Shown here one piece after another: positions 25,610 to 39,947 of a stretch of 64,000 bases of DNA. This DNA comes from Octopus vulgaris. Its lineage: Eukaryota. Position numbers and translations under genes: made by a program. A model generated the notes under the pieces. That model did not search any database. It was not told the DNA's origin and saw nothing but the letters and a program-made list of their open reading frames with translations. The stretch is from positions 77,190,001 through 77,254,000 of the forward strand of contig OX597814.1 in NCBI GenBank assembly GCA_951406725.2, given 5' to 3'. The stretch's first letter is position 1, and every line of letters starts with the position of its first letter.

Positions 25610-28600
25610 GTAATAATAATAAAAAATAATAAAATAGATACAGTTAAGTTATCACCAAGTCCATCCTTCCAAGATCGAAATAACTATGAGTTAAGAAATG
25701 CTGACCACTAGGTAAAGAAAATTTAGATTAATTCGATTGGCTATTGGTTTGAAATTTAAATCACAAAAGAAAATTATACGGTTGGTTAGTCAGGGAACGC
25801 CAATATTCACACACGCATCTACAGATCAATCGCACATACACACATAGTTATATGTATATACATACACTTGTACATATACATAATCATAAGCAACAGCTAA
25901 CACTTAGATAAAAAAAAATAGGGAAGCAACCATGCTAACACTAAGTCCTTCAAAATTATAACTGAGCCTCAATAACAAAAAAAAGAACCATCCATGCATT
26001 CTATAAAATATTTAATTAAGATATAAATGTATTTTTAAATATCAGTATGTTACTAATTCAGATAATTATTTCATGGGTAACTTAAAATATATAACACCGG
26101 TTTGATGCAGAGTAAACATACGGTTGTTAGGTTTATCGTAAGTTTGTTATGATTTAAAGTACGCTAAATTATAAAATATAAAATATAAAATATATTAATT
26201 TAGATATTATAAATAAGTCACTTATTAACTTAATAAATATTGTGCCAAAATATACCAGTTTAGGCAATAAAAAATAGAGGGGGAAGTATTAATGTAAACG
26301 CTTATGAGAACATCACAGAAATTTCAAATAAATTTTATATTATAAAGACTTAATATGAAAAGAGATAAAATAAATAAAAAGGAATAAATACGAAGGAATA
26401 AATACGGTTATACACATAATTATAAGTACAAACTAGTATATATGTATTCATATATTATTAAAATTAAATAAAAATAAATGATAGATATGTATGTATAAAA
26501 CTACACCAGTATAAGTAAATAAGTAAAGAATAAATAGGTAACAAATTAAATGACTTGATATGTATGTAAACATCCACACTTAAATATGCAAATAAATAAA
26601 TAAATATAAGACTAGATGCAAATATTGATAATATTACAATAAAAATGGGAAATAAATAAAAATAAATAAAGTGAATATATATATTTTATATTGTTGAAGG
26701 TAAATATGTATGGAAGGATAGTTTAAAGTACAGATCCAGAGGACTATAGATATAAACTAAATATATGAAGCTGGTAACAATTATAAAGCAAAATGCATGT
26801 AAATGAGAAAATGAAAAAAATGAAAAAGGTTTATCAGTGAATAGCATAAGATACAAATTAAGGTGAGTACAAAAAGACCAAATATATAATATAATAAAAA
26901 CCTTCCAAATCAGCACATACAAAAAACCATAATCTCAACCTAAACCCACCAAACTCACAAAAGGCTCTCATATATTACATATTATACAATATCATTACAT
27001 TATCCAGAGCTAGGTATCTAACCAAGATATACATATATACTTTGCAATATACTATGCAATATTGGAAAACTTCAAAAATCACACATTACAAGGCAAATAC
27101 CAAAATGAATATGTTATTTTATGTCATATTGCATTTCTCTTAAAAAAAAAAAACAAACAAAAACCCACATACAAAAACCAAGAAACCAATAATACTAGAC
27201 ACATCCAATTAGTTATTATACAAATGTAGCTATAAAAATTATAAAATTATGAAATTTATAAATTGTATACTTTAGAATTATAGAAGACCACAGGTATATT
27301 TAGTTAAAGAAGGGAATTAAAAAATTGATAATAGTGGAAGTGCTAAGTTCTATTTGAATCTAGAAAAGGTGAACGGTAGTCTATGAATACAAAAGAAGTT
27401 TTTCTCATTAATGTTGTTAATAATTTGCCGACCCGCTTTAATAATGAAGAAAATTTCATTAATACATAGAGAGCATTTTTTATTTTTTCCATTATACACA
27501 GGTGCTGAAGTTAGTATTTTCCAGTTTAATCTAAAATCTAAGTTCTTACTTTTAAGTTCCCAAATATATGCACTTAGCCCTGTAGAGTACATTCTATTTT
27601 TATTCCTAAAAGTATATCTATGATAATTCCATCTTTGTTTTATGCTATTCATAGTTGCCCCGATATACACTCTACTACTCAATTGTGTATCTACAGTGCA
27701 TTGGTAAACTACCTCCTTCCTGAGGCATTGATTACCAAATACACATTTATTTTCATTTCTGCAATTACAAAGATTAACAGAATGAGGAAATCTAAGATTG
27801 GGCACCACCCCTATACTACTATTCACATTATAAGTGTTACAATTGTTATCATCATCCAAACCCAAAATCAACGAATGAGTTAATTCACCATTATCGGCTA
27901 TATTCCTATCACTAGTACTAGTATTGGTAGTAGTGGTATGATCTATTACATTTATATTATCTCTGACAGGTATGGTGCACTCATTATTAGTAAGGAGGTT
28001 GCTCCCATTTGTTCCAAGAAAATTTCTATTCCTATTATTAATGAAGGGGGCAAGTTTTCCTGGTCTAAATTCAATTTTCTATTCTTATAGAAGTGATCCA
28101 GTTTCTTGTTATTAAAAGAGGAGATGATGGTGGCTAGATTATGAGTAATGCTATATCCCACTCTAACAGTACCGTTGTTAATTAAAGGACTAAATTTATT
28201 CCTATCCTTACCAAAATGCCTAAAAATAATATTATGCAAAGCTCTCACTATGTTTGTTTTAATCTGCATTGCATACGGGATAATCAACCAAAGAGTATCC
28301 TTATCAGAATTAGGATTGCCTATAGAATTAATGTTATTTGTAAAAATCCTATTCGTAGACCAACTCATAGGATTACTATTCTTACCACTGTCATTGTTAT
28401 ATCTATCTATATCAATATTACCATGGTTATTGCGCAAGTAAACTTTACCATTATCATGTCTACCATAAGTTTTAATTCGTATATTATTATTAATATTACT
28501 ACTACTACTCGTATGTTTAGATCTATTTGAGCTACCGTTCACCTTTCCAAGGTTAACGTCACTTCTACATTTATTATAGGTGTTATCATATATTCTGTTT

Positions 28601-30256
28601 TTACTATTCTTATGTATATTGTTGATTATCCTAAATCTATTTGTGTTGTTCTTGATAGTTCTACCTCCATTAGGGGGTTCCCCTTAGGTATAAACCAAAT
28701 CTTACTTTTATATCCTGCCTTAAGTAATGCTGCATTGTATCTATCACAGTGTTTGTTAAAAATTTCCTCGTTTGAGGATAAACTAGAAATTCTTTGACTA
28801 ATGCTACGCACTAGTGCATTTTTAATTTGAGGGGGGTGATTACTAGAACGGTTAATGTATATTAGGTTAGAATTAGGTTTAATATAGGGTTCATGTAAAC
28901 CATTAGTAATGTTACAATTAACATCTAAATAATTAGCAGAATAATTTTCACTTTCAATGATAATAGATAGGCCGAAGCTTTTAAAAAATTTGTTTATTCT
29001 TTTTTTCAGAAGATCTAATCTCCTATTTGATGTATTCCTAACACAAAATAAGGCGTCATCCCTGTATAATCCGCCTTTTAATTCAGGGAATTCCCTACTA
29101 AAGTTATCTAATAGATACATCCCAACTAGATCAGTCACCTCCGCTGAGTCCGGCGATCCCATTGTGATATCGAACAAGTTGGGTGTGTCCTTTCTAGCCC
29201 AAAGTTTATTATCAAACTCTATTAAAGTTTTCCTGGCTGTTAGTATAACCTTAATCTCCCCCATACTTAATTTAGTGTGTTTTCTAGCAAAAATTAAGGA
29301 CTTATTTAATATAATAGGGTTAATTGAAGTGTAATAATTCTGTATATCGAATTGTATAAATTTATTTCTATTATAGCTAAAGTTGTTACTGTCACAGACC
29401 TTAATGGCAGAAAACCAATCCAAAGCACCCTGAGTATTCTTCCAAAGGTTTAGTTTGATTTTATTGCGGATGGTGGGTAGATATTTATCTAGAATGAGTT
29501 TACTTAGTCTGCCTAAGTCAGATTTAGTGGGGCAAATTAATCTGACCTGTGTGTTTCCAAGAAAATTCTCTTTATGATCCTTTAGTGTAATTCTCGGTCT
29601 GGATGGGGTGTAGGGTTCCGTTTTTTCTTCTAGGTAGTAGTCAAATATGATTCCTCTGATCTCCAGGTTCAGCTTTCTAAGTGTACTAGAAGGTACTACT
29701 TTGTATTTCTTGGTTATTTCCTTGTGTAGAAGATCATGATATGCAGTAATGTCAATGTTGTAGATGTTGTTAGTTTTGTCAGAATGTGTTAGAATGCCGC
29801 TCTTACCTTTGAGAGTTCTAATTAAGTCTTTCAATTCTCTTTGGTGCGGGTTATATCTTAAAGGATGATTTCTAAATTTTATGTTTTTTACAGTCTCCCA
29901 TAGTTCTTGTTCAAAATTGTCTAGATGTATATTTGGTGGAGGAGACTTTCTAGATTTAAATGTAGTGCTAATGCCTCATTTATACCTGCCTTTATGGCTT
30001 ATAGGTTAAATGAGGTATGACTGTCCTCACTGCCGAAACAGCTGTCAGTTTTGATTTATTTGCATATTGTATTTGTAATTTTTTACTTATATCTCTTTAT
30101 CTTTTTACTTTTACTATTACTGTATATCTCATTTCATTTCATTTTATATATTGCCTTTACTCCTATGTAATGGTGTATTAAAGTATGGATTGAGTATCAT
30201 CGGATAGTTGATGTTTTATTGATTTAAGTATGTTTCTCCATTCTCTAATTTTGTAG

Positions 30257-30261
<5 letters not shown>
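24740..30261 (-). mobile_element. Penelope-like element (Naiad/Nematis-type by inference): RT, Asn-rich linker, GIY-YIG, long AT-rich 3' region, pLTR, and an inverted partial pLTR at the 5' end; inserted in (TA)n
   Basis: RT ORF 28626-29834 (KDHKENF, FIQFDI, ITMGSPD, LYRDD, NYLDV, SNHPP). Endonuclease 27350-27871 (CNCx5Cx5C, VVY..YIG). 29969-30261 is the reverse complement of ~24906-25198. Confidence 0.9.
25115..25230 (-). ncRNA. Hammerhead ribozyme motif with long branched stem II in PLE pLTR
   Basis: CT-CTGAAGA-GGC...(~80 nt hairpin)...GCC-GAAA-CAGCTG-TC-AG. Palindromic stem III; stem I weak. Confidence 0.6.
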
Positions 30262-30304
<43 letters not shown>

Positions 30305-30307
<3 letters not shown>

Positions 30308-30819
30308 TGGCGTGCGGTGACTTCTGAGGTTGGTCATGCAATAAATACTTATTGGTTGAGCTGAAATTATTTAACTAACAGAACACATTTAGTTGCGTAA
30401 TATGGCCAAGGTTTTAGACCGTTACGCTGTCAAAGACAAATCAGCTGCTTTATCAGGCCACACGCAAATTTCGAGAAAATAATTGACACTCATTCAAATA
30501 GCCTGTTCTGATACTTACTGAACTCCGTACGTTAAAAGACTACGTCTCGCGCACACACACACGCGACATTGAACATACACGCATATACATAAACACACAC
30601 ACTATGAAAGACAGCGAAAATTCAACATTGTAAAAAGCACTAAAAACACTAAACAAAAACCAAGCGTCTCTTTTCATTTGTTGGGAGTAGCAAAGATGTG
30701 GAATATCGCAACATGCAAGGAGAAAACGTAGAAATGTAAATTACACTTACTTAATGATGAAAGAAAATTTGAAAGAATATAAAAAAAAATTATTTATACA
30801 AAATGATTTATACATAAAC

Positions 30820-30852
<33 letters not shown>

Positions 30853-30985
30853 TCTTTCAATGTATGTGAGTGTTATATTTATGTGTGTATGTTTCAATGA
30901 GTGTGTGCGCGCATCATTGTCTTTCAATGTACTGAGTTCAGTAAGTATCAGAACTGGCTGCTCTAGTGAGTGTCAATTATTTTCC
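30305..30985. mobile_element. Non-autonomous DNA-transposon-like element with internal inverted repeat
   Basis: Begins CAGTGGCGTG after (TA)n. ~30476-30540 is the approximate reverse complement of ~30919-30985. Confidence 0.4.
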
Positions 30986-31844
30986 GGAAATTGGCGAGCA
31001 GCTTGATAAAAAAAAATGCCTTCTGAAAAAGTGTTGAACATGCCGTCATGCGAAGAATTTATTAACGGAAAAAAGGAAGAACCAATTAAGCCAAATTTCG
31101 CCGCTGTAGCGTGATTAAAAAGGAAAACTTTGAATGTGACAAATGAAAATTTAAACCAATTCAAAATACGCTAGAGAGGGAGGGGTATGATTTAAAAGCC
31201 ACCCTCCCCTTCGATTTAATTGAAAACACAGTAAAAAAATAATTGTTTTTAAAAGTTTGAATATTAAAACCAAAAAATCAGACAAAGCATCAAGAGAGGA
31301 GGTCGAGAAAGGCTTACAACCAATATGGTCGGGCATTACTTTTATTACTAGAGGTTGCAAATTTACAACCATAATTGTTCACCTAAAAAGTGAAGAAAGG
31401 GCGAAGGAGAATTCGGTCAAACCTTTAAAAGCACCCGAAATAGTGCTCCTACCTACTTATTTAGGTAGACGTACCTCGAAAATCACAGTTGAGGAAATTC
31501 CACCGAAAATCGATGTGACATGGCTCTGCGCTGCTCTAATTATGGGCCTCGAGGAAAAAATAATAATTCTCGAGGCTACTAATAGTAGAGCAGCAACATT
31601 GGAAAGGCCAGGGGCTGGAAATCACAATTCAAGCAACCCAGTAAACTCTCGAAGAGATTGCAGAGAACAACGTTAAGGATGATGGTGGGGGTAAGAGGCC
31701 ACGATGCTTCGAATGTGGCGAAAAAGGCTACATTCGGGCAAATCGCCCCGCCCTAAAAGAAGAAGAAACAGCACCGCCAGCAAAGTCTCCAACAACACGG
31801 AAAACAAAGACGAATGGACTAACGTAACCAATAAAAAGAAGAAA

Positions 31845-32214
<370 letters not shown>

Positions 32215-32515
32215 AATAGAAAGAAAAAAGTCCCTAAAAGAAAAATTACCAACCCGCCCCTTCCACTTCCAGCTCCATCAGAAGAAAAACTCCCCTACTC
32301 GCAGACTCACACGACACACAAACGCCCCCCTTCAACCCAAACACGAACCAAAAAAACCTGTAAAATCTACCCCTCCCAGTCCCGAAAATTATTTCCCCTC
32401 CAAACTAGAAACGAGCTTGATAGCTGTGAATGCTAATAATCAATCATTATGGACAAATTAAAAAGAACTCCTACCGCGAACGAATATACCAAACATTACA
32501 GTATTCTTCCGGAAA

Positions 32516-32747
32516 AGGCGGCGAGCTGGCAGAATCGTTAGCACGTCGGGCGAAATGCTTACCGGTATTTCGTCTGCCGCTACGTTCTAAGTTCAAATTC
32601 CGCCGAGGTCGACTTTGCCTTTCATCCTTTCGGAGTCGATTAAATAAGTACCAATTACGCACTGGGGTCGACATAATCGACTTAATCCGTATGTCTGTCC
32701 TTGTTTGTCCTCTCTGTGTTTAGCCCCTTGTGGGTAGTAAAAAAATA
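32516..32747 (+). mobile_element. tRNA-derived SINE
   Basis: A box AGCTGGCAGAATCGTTAG, B box GTTCAAATTCC, A-rich tail, TSD AGTATTCTTCCGGAAA at 32500 and 32748. Confidence 0.9.
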
Positions 32748-35700
32748 AGTATTCTTCCGGAAAGGATTGTAATTTATGAAATTGACAGAGACAATTGTAA
32801 TTTATTACAGTTATCACTCAAAAGACATAGGTCCTCCCAAAATTAACTTTTGCAAGTCCATATACGAGGGCCTGGTCGAAAAAAACTCCGCAAGACACAG
32901 AAGATAGAGATAAGGGATTATAATCCCTTCTTCGAAAGGTAAGCCACATTTCATGGTTTCACTCACAGTAGGATGTTTAAATGTTCGTGGCCTGGGGTCG
33001 GATTGGAAGCAAGGTCGCCATCTTAATGACCTCAGGTCACATAGTCTGGATGTGTTAGTGGCCACAGAGACCAGGCTGAGTGGGTTGCGGGCCTTTTCCC
33101 CCACTCCTGAACGGCTGCCAGAAATTTATTTCTCTATGACAACCGGGGAGGAAGGAGTGGTGTCGCGATCCTATTCAAGAAGAATCTGGTTTCCGAGACT
33201 AGAACTATCTTTATCGACCCGGAAGGCAGGTTGGTATTCCTTGACGTGAGAATCAGCGGTAAGACTTTCAGGTTGGTTGGTGTCTATGCCCCCTCCAAGG
33301 CTGGGCAATCTGATTTTTTTAGAAGCCTAGAAAATTTCCTCGACACATCCCACACTTTAGTACTGTTAGATGACTTTAACACAATCTGCGATGCACGCGT
33401 AGATTGTGTTGGCTCAAATCCAAATAGAAAAGGAAACTTATGCCTCACCGATCTGCTCAGTCGCTTTCAGCTGGCAGATCGGTACAGGCTAGAATTTCCG
33501 AACGCTCCAGTGTAGACCTGGACGAACAGCGACGGATCTTCTAGATCTTATTTAGATAGAATTTTAGTTAGACGGAAGGACAAGGAGATAGCTAGTTGTC
33601 CACAATTCCACTTTGTTAGCTACATCGACCACAAATTTGTGTCCTGTAAGCTGGTTTTAGATAGAATATGTAGACAAGGCCCCGGCTACTGGAAACTCAA
33701 CAGGTCGCTTTTGACCTGTGAGGAGTACAAGAACCGGATTAGTCAGTTATTGAAGAGGGCTCTCACAGGCACCATTATTAACAACAAATGGTGGAGAGCC
33801 CTCAAAAGAGCCATAAAAATTGAGTCAATTAGATTTAGTAAGGAATTAGTTGCTAAGAAGAATAGAATAGAAAGAGACTTAGTTAAGGCCCTAAAAGAGG
33901 CATTGGAGAGAGGCAGTGTGGTCCAAGTGTTAGCATCGAGATTGGCGCTCAACCAACAACTCGAAGTTAAACACGAAGGTTGCATTGTCAGGTCTAAGGT
34001 TCGTGTAATGGGTCGAGAAGAAATCAACGCTGCGAGATGGGCCCGTGTGGTAGAAGGTCTATGATGTACAACCAAGGGCAATTGGTAAACGAAGGAGATG
34101 TGCAAGGTTTTTACGAGCATTTCGGCCAGCTTTTCGGGAGGAACGGCGGACTGGAGAGCAGGGTGAACCCTATGGACTTCCTTGCCGGTTTGCCGCGTCT
34201 CTCGGGGCAGGAAGCGGAATACTGTGAAGGACCGATCACAGCTGCAGGAGTAGAGGACGTTTTGTCGAATTGTCGTAGGGACAGGTCGCCGGGACTGGGT
34301 GGTCTTACCTACGAATTCTATTATAGTATACCAGACTTGTTTGGGCACCTACTGGCTTGTGTTTTTACGAACTATCCACAGAATGGGTTCATCCTGAGAT
34401 CTGTGAATCGGGGAGTAGTGACGCTGCTTAGATAGGACCCAAACAAGGGGGACATTATAGATAATTTTCGGCACATCATTCTGCTTAACACAGAGCTGAA
34501 GATTTTGGCCAAGGTATTAGCAAAAGGATTGGCTCGGATCGTGGGTGGACTAGTCGGCGAGGCACAAACCTGTGCCATCCCGGGCTGGTCCATACACGAG
34601 AATCTCCATCTTATACGCTATACCTTAGTGCGAGTTAATAGGGTTCTGACAAAAGTGGGGCGCTGGTGCATTTAGACCAGGCTAAAGCTTTCAATAGAGT
34701 CGACCATCGGTATCTGGTGACAGTTCTTGCGGCAATCGGGTTGGGCCCGATCTTTCACGGTTAGATCATAGCTTTATACAGCAACATTGACTCGATCGTT
34801 CGGGTGAACGGCTTCTTTTCGGAGCCGTTCTCTGTCAAGCGCTCAGTTCGTCAAGGATGTCCGCTCTCCCCCTTTCTGTACGTGATGGCCCTCGAGCCCT
34901 TACTGCGGAAGCTGGAGGGTTTGAGTGGTGTCCCGCGAGTTCTAGATCTTGGAAGATCAGTGACGGTATATGCGGACGACATCATCATCATCGTATCTGA
35001 AGCGAGTCACCCACAGAAGATAGGTGAAGCCATGAAAGAATACAAGGCGGTGGTAGGAACAAAAATTAACCGTGAGAAGTCGGTCGGCTTGCAGCTCGGC
35101 ACCTGGAAAGGCAGTGAAAAATACTCGGGGTCTGGTTTGGGCCAGACCTACAGTTAGAGAAGAATTGGAGTGAGGTCACGGGAAGGGTGGCTCATCTAAC
35201 CCAGACCTGGTCTGGGCGATGGCTATCCCTGAAAGGGAGGGCGGAGGTTGCAAATGTGTTCATCGCATCTGTAATAACCTACCGCCTAACCGTCGTGCCT
35301 TGCTCCGATTCGTGGCTATGCAAAATGGAACGATTGCTTTTCCGTTTTTGTTTTTTTTTTTGTGGAAGGGCAAAAAACCTCTTGTAAGGCGCTCTATCTG
35401 TTGCCAACAACCGCTAAAGGGTGGGCTTGGGATGTCATGGCTGATGCTGCGCAAGCTCGCACTGAGGCTAAGGCATCTTTGGCTTTACCTGGATGGTGAA
35501 CGGGTGTGGTCTCCGTTCGTCAAGCTGTTCCTTCCTAGGCTCACTAGTTTTAGTGAACTAGAACCATGGATCAAATGTAGACCAAAGTTGGGTGCTTGGC
35601 AGGCCGAGTGTCGCAAGGCTCTCGTGCTCTTCTGCCGCACGAGCAATGCTGGTAGCGTGGCTTCTACCTCGTCATTTTATAGAGGGTTGGTAGAGGCCAA

Positions 35701-36594
35701 GTGTGACGACGCGCTGAGGGAAACCCTGGGCTTCGACGAAGGTCAACTAGCAGGCCTGTTCCAAAGGACGTTCGAGCCGGGACCTTTGGATAACTTCCAG
35801 AGGTCCCTCGCCTGTCAATGTTATCGAGGAGCCTTACCAGTTCACGAAAATGTCGCAAGGCACGGTGCCTCATGCACAGCCACCTGTCCGAGATAAAGGA
35901 CACAATTTGGCAGTGTGAGAGGATTTCAGAGCTGTGCGTTTATGTCAAACGATTGATGCCTTGGCTTGGAAGAGTACAGCTGTCGTCCGAGTCTGTTATA
36001 AAGATCTTTATCACAGACCCTCATTGAGCAGAGGAGATAAGGTTTGTTTTCTCGTTGTAGTCGCTATAACGAAAGAGGCGATATGGAGGACACGGATGAA
36101 AGGATTGGTGACAAGCACTTTCATTTCTGGCCAAGGCTAGAAAAGAGGTGCCTGTCATCGGACAGGTTCGGTAAAAGATGCATGCAAGTGGTTCGCATGT
36201 TGGGAATGAATGGTCCTACACGAGTGCTATCCATGAAAAGTTAAAACAAAAGGCTCAGTGGTGGAACGTGTCTTGCGGGGTCGGAACACTTCCCCCACTC
36301 CATTGTGTTGTTATTTTGTCTGTCCCATCATTCGATATATATTGTCATAAATTTTTAACTTAATTTTTGTGTAATAACGTCCGATACCCTGACCTCGAAT
36401 TCATTTTTGTACTGTTTCCTCTTTGTTTGGCCCTTGTGGCTCGAATAAAATTAATTTCATCATCACTAATTTTATTATTTTTATTTATCTTTCATTTTTC
36501 ATTTGTTTTATGTTTTTTGTCCCCACTGTGGTATTCTGTCTGTCCTTGTACTGTCTCCTCTATGTTATGGCCTAGGTTCCAAAATAAAAAATTA

Positions 36595-38836
36595 CAGTCA
36601 GCGAGGTATTTTTTCGCGTTGGTAGTATTTTTGGTTAAATCACTTGTGATTCTGGAGTAAGTTGTTGTTTGTTATACTTGTTGAAGATCTCCTCGTGTGG
36701 GTGAACCTAGGACCTGTTAAATTTGTTAAATTTTGAACTATTGTTGCTATTTTTGCTTGTTTTTATATTTGTTTTCTTCCCCAATTATGGGTGAAGTGAA
36801 GAAGAGAGGAGAGATGGAAAATGAACCAACTGGAAGTTGCACATCAGCCACGAGTAAAGGAATATCTACCAACGCCCTGGAAGGGCAAGAAATTAAGATG
36901 GAGCCCAGAAGGTGGAAGGTGGGCAGTAAATTAATAGAAAGGGAAGGAGCCAGTTTGAGGCTGACTCCACCGCAAGAATTGACTAACAATATGGCGAGGA
37001 GGACAGTAGTGTACAGAACGTTATCCACTCCTCTAAAAAGATAGAGGTTGCCCCAATAGAGGAAATAGAAGATGCTAAAAGGGAAAAAAGAGAGTGTAAG
37101 AAAGATTTGTTAATTTGTATAATTTAACTGTTAAATGGTACTGCTTGAAAGTGGGTCTCAATGCAGTCATTTCATCATCATTAATCTTATTATTTTATGC
37201 ACCCTTCATTTTTCATTCGTTTCATGTTTTTGTCCCCACCCCCTGCTCCCAGTGGTGTTCTGTATGTCCTTGTGCTGTCCCCTCTATGTTATGGCCGTAG
37301 TGCCAAATAAAGAATTACAGTCTGCCAAATAAAGAATTACTCTAGAAGTGCGAGAAATCAAAATTGAGCAGACGCTGAAAGTGTATAATAGGCTGATTCA
37401 GAAGAAGGGAACCAGTTTAAGGCGAACCCCGCCAGAAGAAGTGACAACCATTACAATGAAACGAACAGTGGTTTGCAGAACACTGTCTACAACGACCAAG
37501 AAAATAGAAATAGCCACGGTAGAAGTGATAGAAGAATGTCTTAAGGAGATAAAGAACCTAACAACATTCTCCACAAGAGGCAGAAAATACGGCACAGTGG
37601 TTTGAAATATGGCACAGGTGAGGTTTGAAAACGAACAGGAGGCAATAAATCACTCACTTGTGACGCTCAGGACGAAAGAATATGTACTCCTGCCAACCTG
37701 CTGCGGCAAAAGAGTCGCCAGAGTTAGATAGGCAGGGTAGCCCCGGAAATAAAAGAAGCTTGGCTGGTGGCAGCCGTAATGCGTAAAACTGGGGAGGACG
37801 CCAAAATCTTAAAGGTGACAAGGACAAAGAAAGTAAATTGATGGGGATATGGCCTAGAAATGGTCATTCAGGTTGGACAAAAAGATTTGAACGAAATCGC
37901 TGAAGAGGTGATTCAACATAAGGTTGAGAGTGGTGGTAGGAAGACCGCCAACCTGCTCTCAATGCGGAGAGAATGGAGACATGAGAATAAAGTGCCCCCA
38001 GAAAGACAGTAAAAATGAGGAAAGCCAATAGGGCAGAGTGCCGAAGTGGCGGCCCTAGCAAGCGAGAAATGTACGGAGAAAGCGGAGGAAGCATTTACGG
38101 GGGTGAACAGGAGAAAAAGAAAATAATTTGTGAACTCACCTCCGAAGAGTCCAAAAAAGAAAAAAGGTGAAATGGACATTGCGGAACTTATGCGGTACAC
38201 ATCTCCACCAGTATCACCAACAAAAGGAAAGAAAACGAAAACCTACCCAGACAACACAAGTTCACCGCAGAAACAGTTTAAAAGTCCAGGAAAAATAAAT
38301 GGTATATGGTAACATATACAAAAGTACGACGATAAAAAGAAAAATTACCAAATTCAAATCGGTAATTAGAGAAAAATTACCAGCAGAGTTTTACATAGAA
38401 AATACAAAAGGCATATTAATTGACCTAGAGAGGTATGGAAAATTAAAAGAATGGTTTGGAACCAACATAGACCCATTGGGAGTGGAGGTTGAGTTCGATC
38501 ACCTACCGTCTGTTGTGGATTATGTAGATCTGAAACCATCTGAACTTGTATGGCGTGAGTAAGCTTTTAAGAATTTGTTAAAATTGACTACACATACGAT
38601 GCTAAAAGAAAAAAGAGAAAACAGAAAAAATGATATAAAAACTTTTTATTGAAACAGTTAAATGGTACTGCTTGAGAGTGGGGTTCAAGCAGCCATTACA
38701 TCCTCATTAATTATTATTCAGCTCGCGTTCATTCGTTTTATTTTTTTGTCGCCACTGCGGTGTTTTTCTGTCCTTGTGCCGTCCCCGTCTGTATCATGGC
38801 CTATGTGTCAGGTAAAGAAATACAGTCAGCGAGGTA
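36595..38836 (+). mobile_element. Two tandem ORF1-only LINE derivatives (36595-37330 internally deleted; 37341-38836 5'-truncated)
   Basis: Gag-like RTVVYRTLS...zinc knuckle...IDPLGVEVEFDHLP runs directly into the shared 3' end. No APE or RT sequence. Confidence 0.7.
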
Positions 38837-39282
38837 CATTGTTCGGGACAGTCCCGTAGAGACGACGAAATACGTCGTCATAATGCGGGACATAACAGAG
38901 GCGACGATGATTCGTAGCTCACACAGCCACTGATATGTAGAAGCGGGGCATAACAGTGGCGACGAGGATACCTCTCACTGTATAACGGCGTCGTTATAAC
39001 AGTGGTAACGAGGTTACGAGCGCTCGTAGGAGTGTCGAAATGGAAGATCTACGTTCAAGAACAATGAAAGAAAGTTTGAAGGAATCGAACTCTACACAGA
39101 ACTGAACTACACACGATGAAAAATAATTCTGTGTGGAAGAAATAATAATAAGTCCATTCGAAGGATTTATAAGTCAGGTCGCTATATGTTGTAGTGCTAC
39201 CAGTAATAATGTAGGCTTGGTACTATCTGCGGCATTTTGAAAAGAAAAAAGTCTATGGTTTTGTGTGGAACAAAAAAAAATA

Positions 39283-39339
<57 letters not shown>

Positions 39340-39340
39340 G

Positions 39341-39875
39341 TGGCTCTCAGTGGCTCTCGTGATCTTAACTGATTGGAAGTGTTATCATGTACATTGTTTT
39401 GTCTTGGTATAAAAGATGGGCTACAGCAAATATTCTGCTCAATACCACAGATTTGCTTGTTAGTTGTTTGACCTTAACCAGTTGAGCATGTCCCTTAGTG
39501 GCTGACGATATGTGCATCTCTGATCACGAGCAGAAGTAGTGGGGGAGCATCATAGCCATGTGTTGAGAGGGATTCTTTGGGGTTTGAATAGTTCACCTCT
39601 GGAAACATGGGTGGTTCTTTCAACATCCTTAGACAACCCTTATTCAGGGACCGTTTGAGCGGGATGGGCTACACAACCTGAAGAAAATTCTAACTGGGCC
39701 CCACCTGCAAGGTCATGTGCTGTTTATCTTGATATGAGATCACCATGTCGCGCACATATGGTTGTGATGCATGTGCCTGGTGTGCCTTTATCAGACGGGT
39801 AGTCATGATGGGTATATTGGGCTTCCTATATTTTACCCCAGTGTCACTTTGATGGCATGAACTGCTCTCTCACTC
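39341..39875 (+). mobile_element. Retroposon-like interspersed repeat ending in (AAT)n
   Basis: More GC-balanced ~530-bp block bounded by (AAT)n on both sides. Family not assigned. Confidence 0.4.
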
Positions 39876-39947
<72 letters not shown>

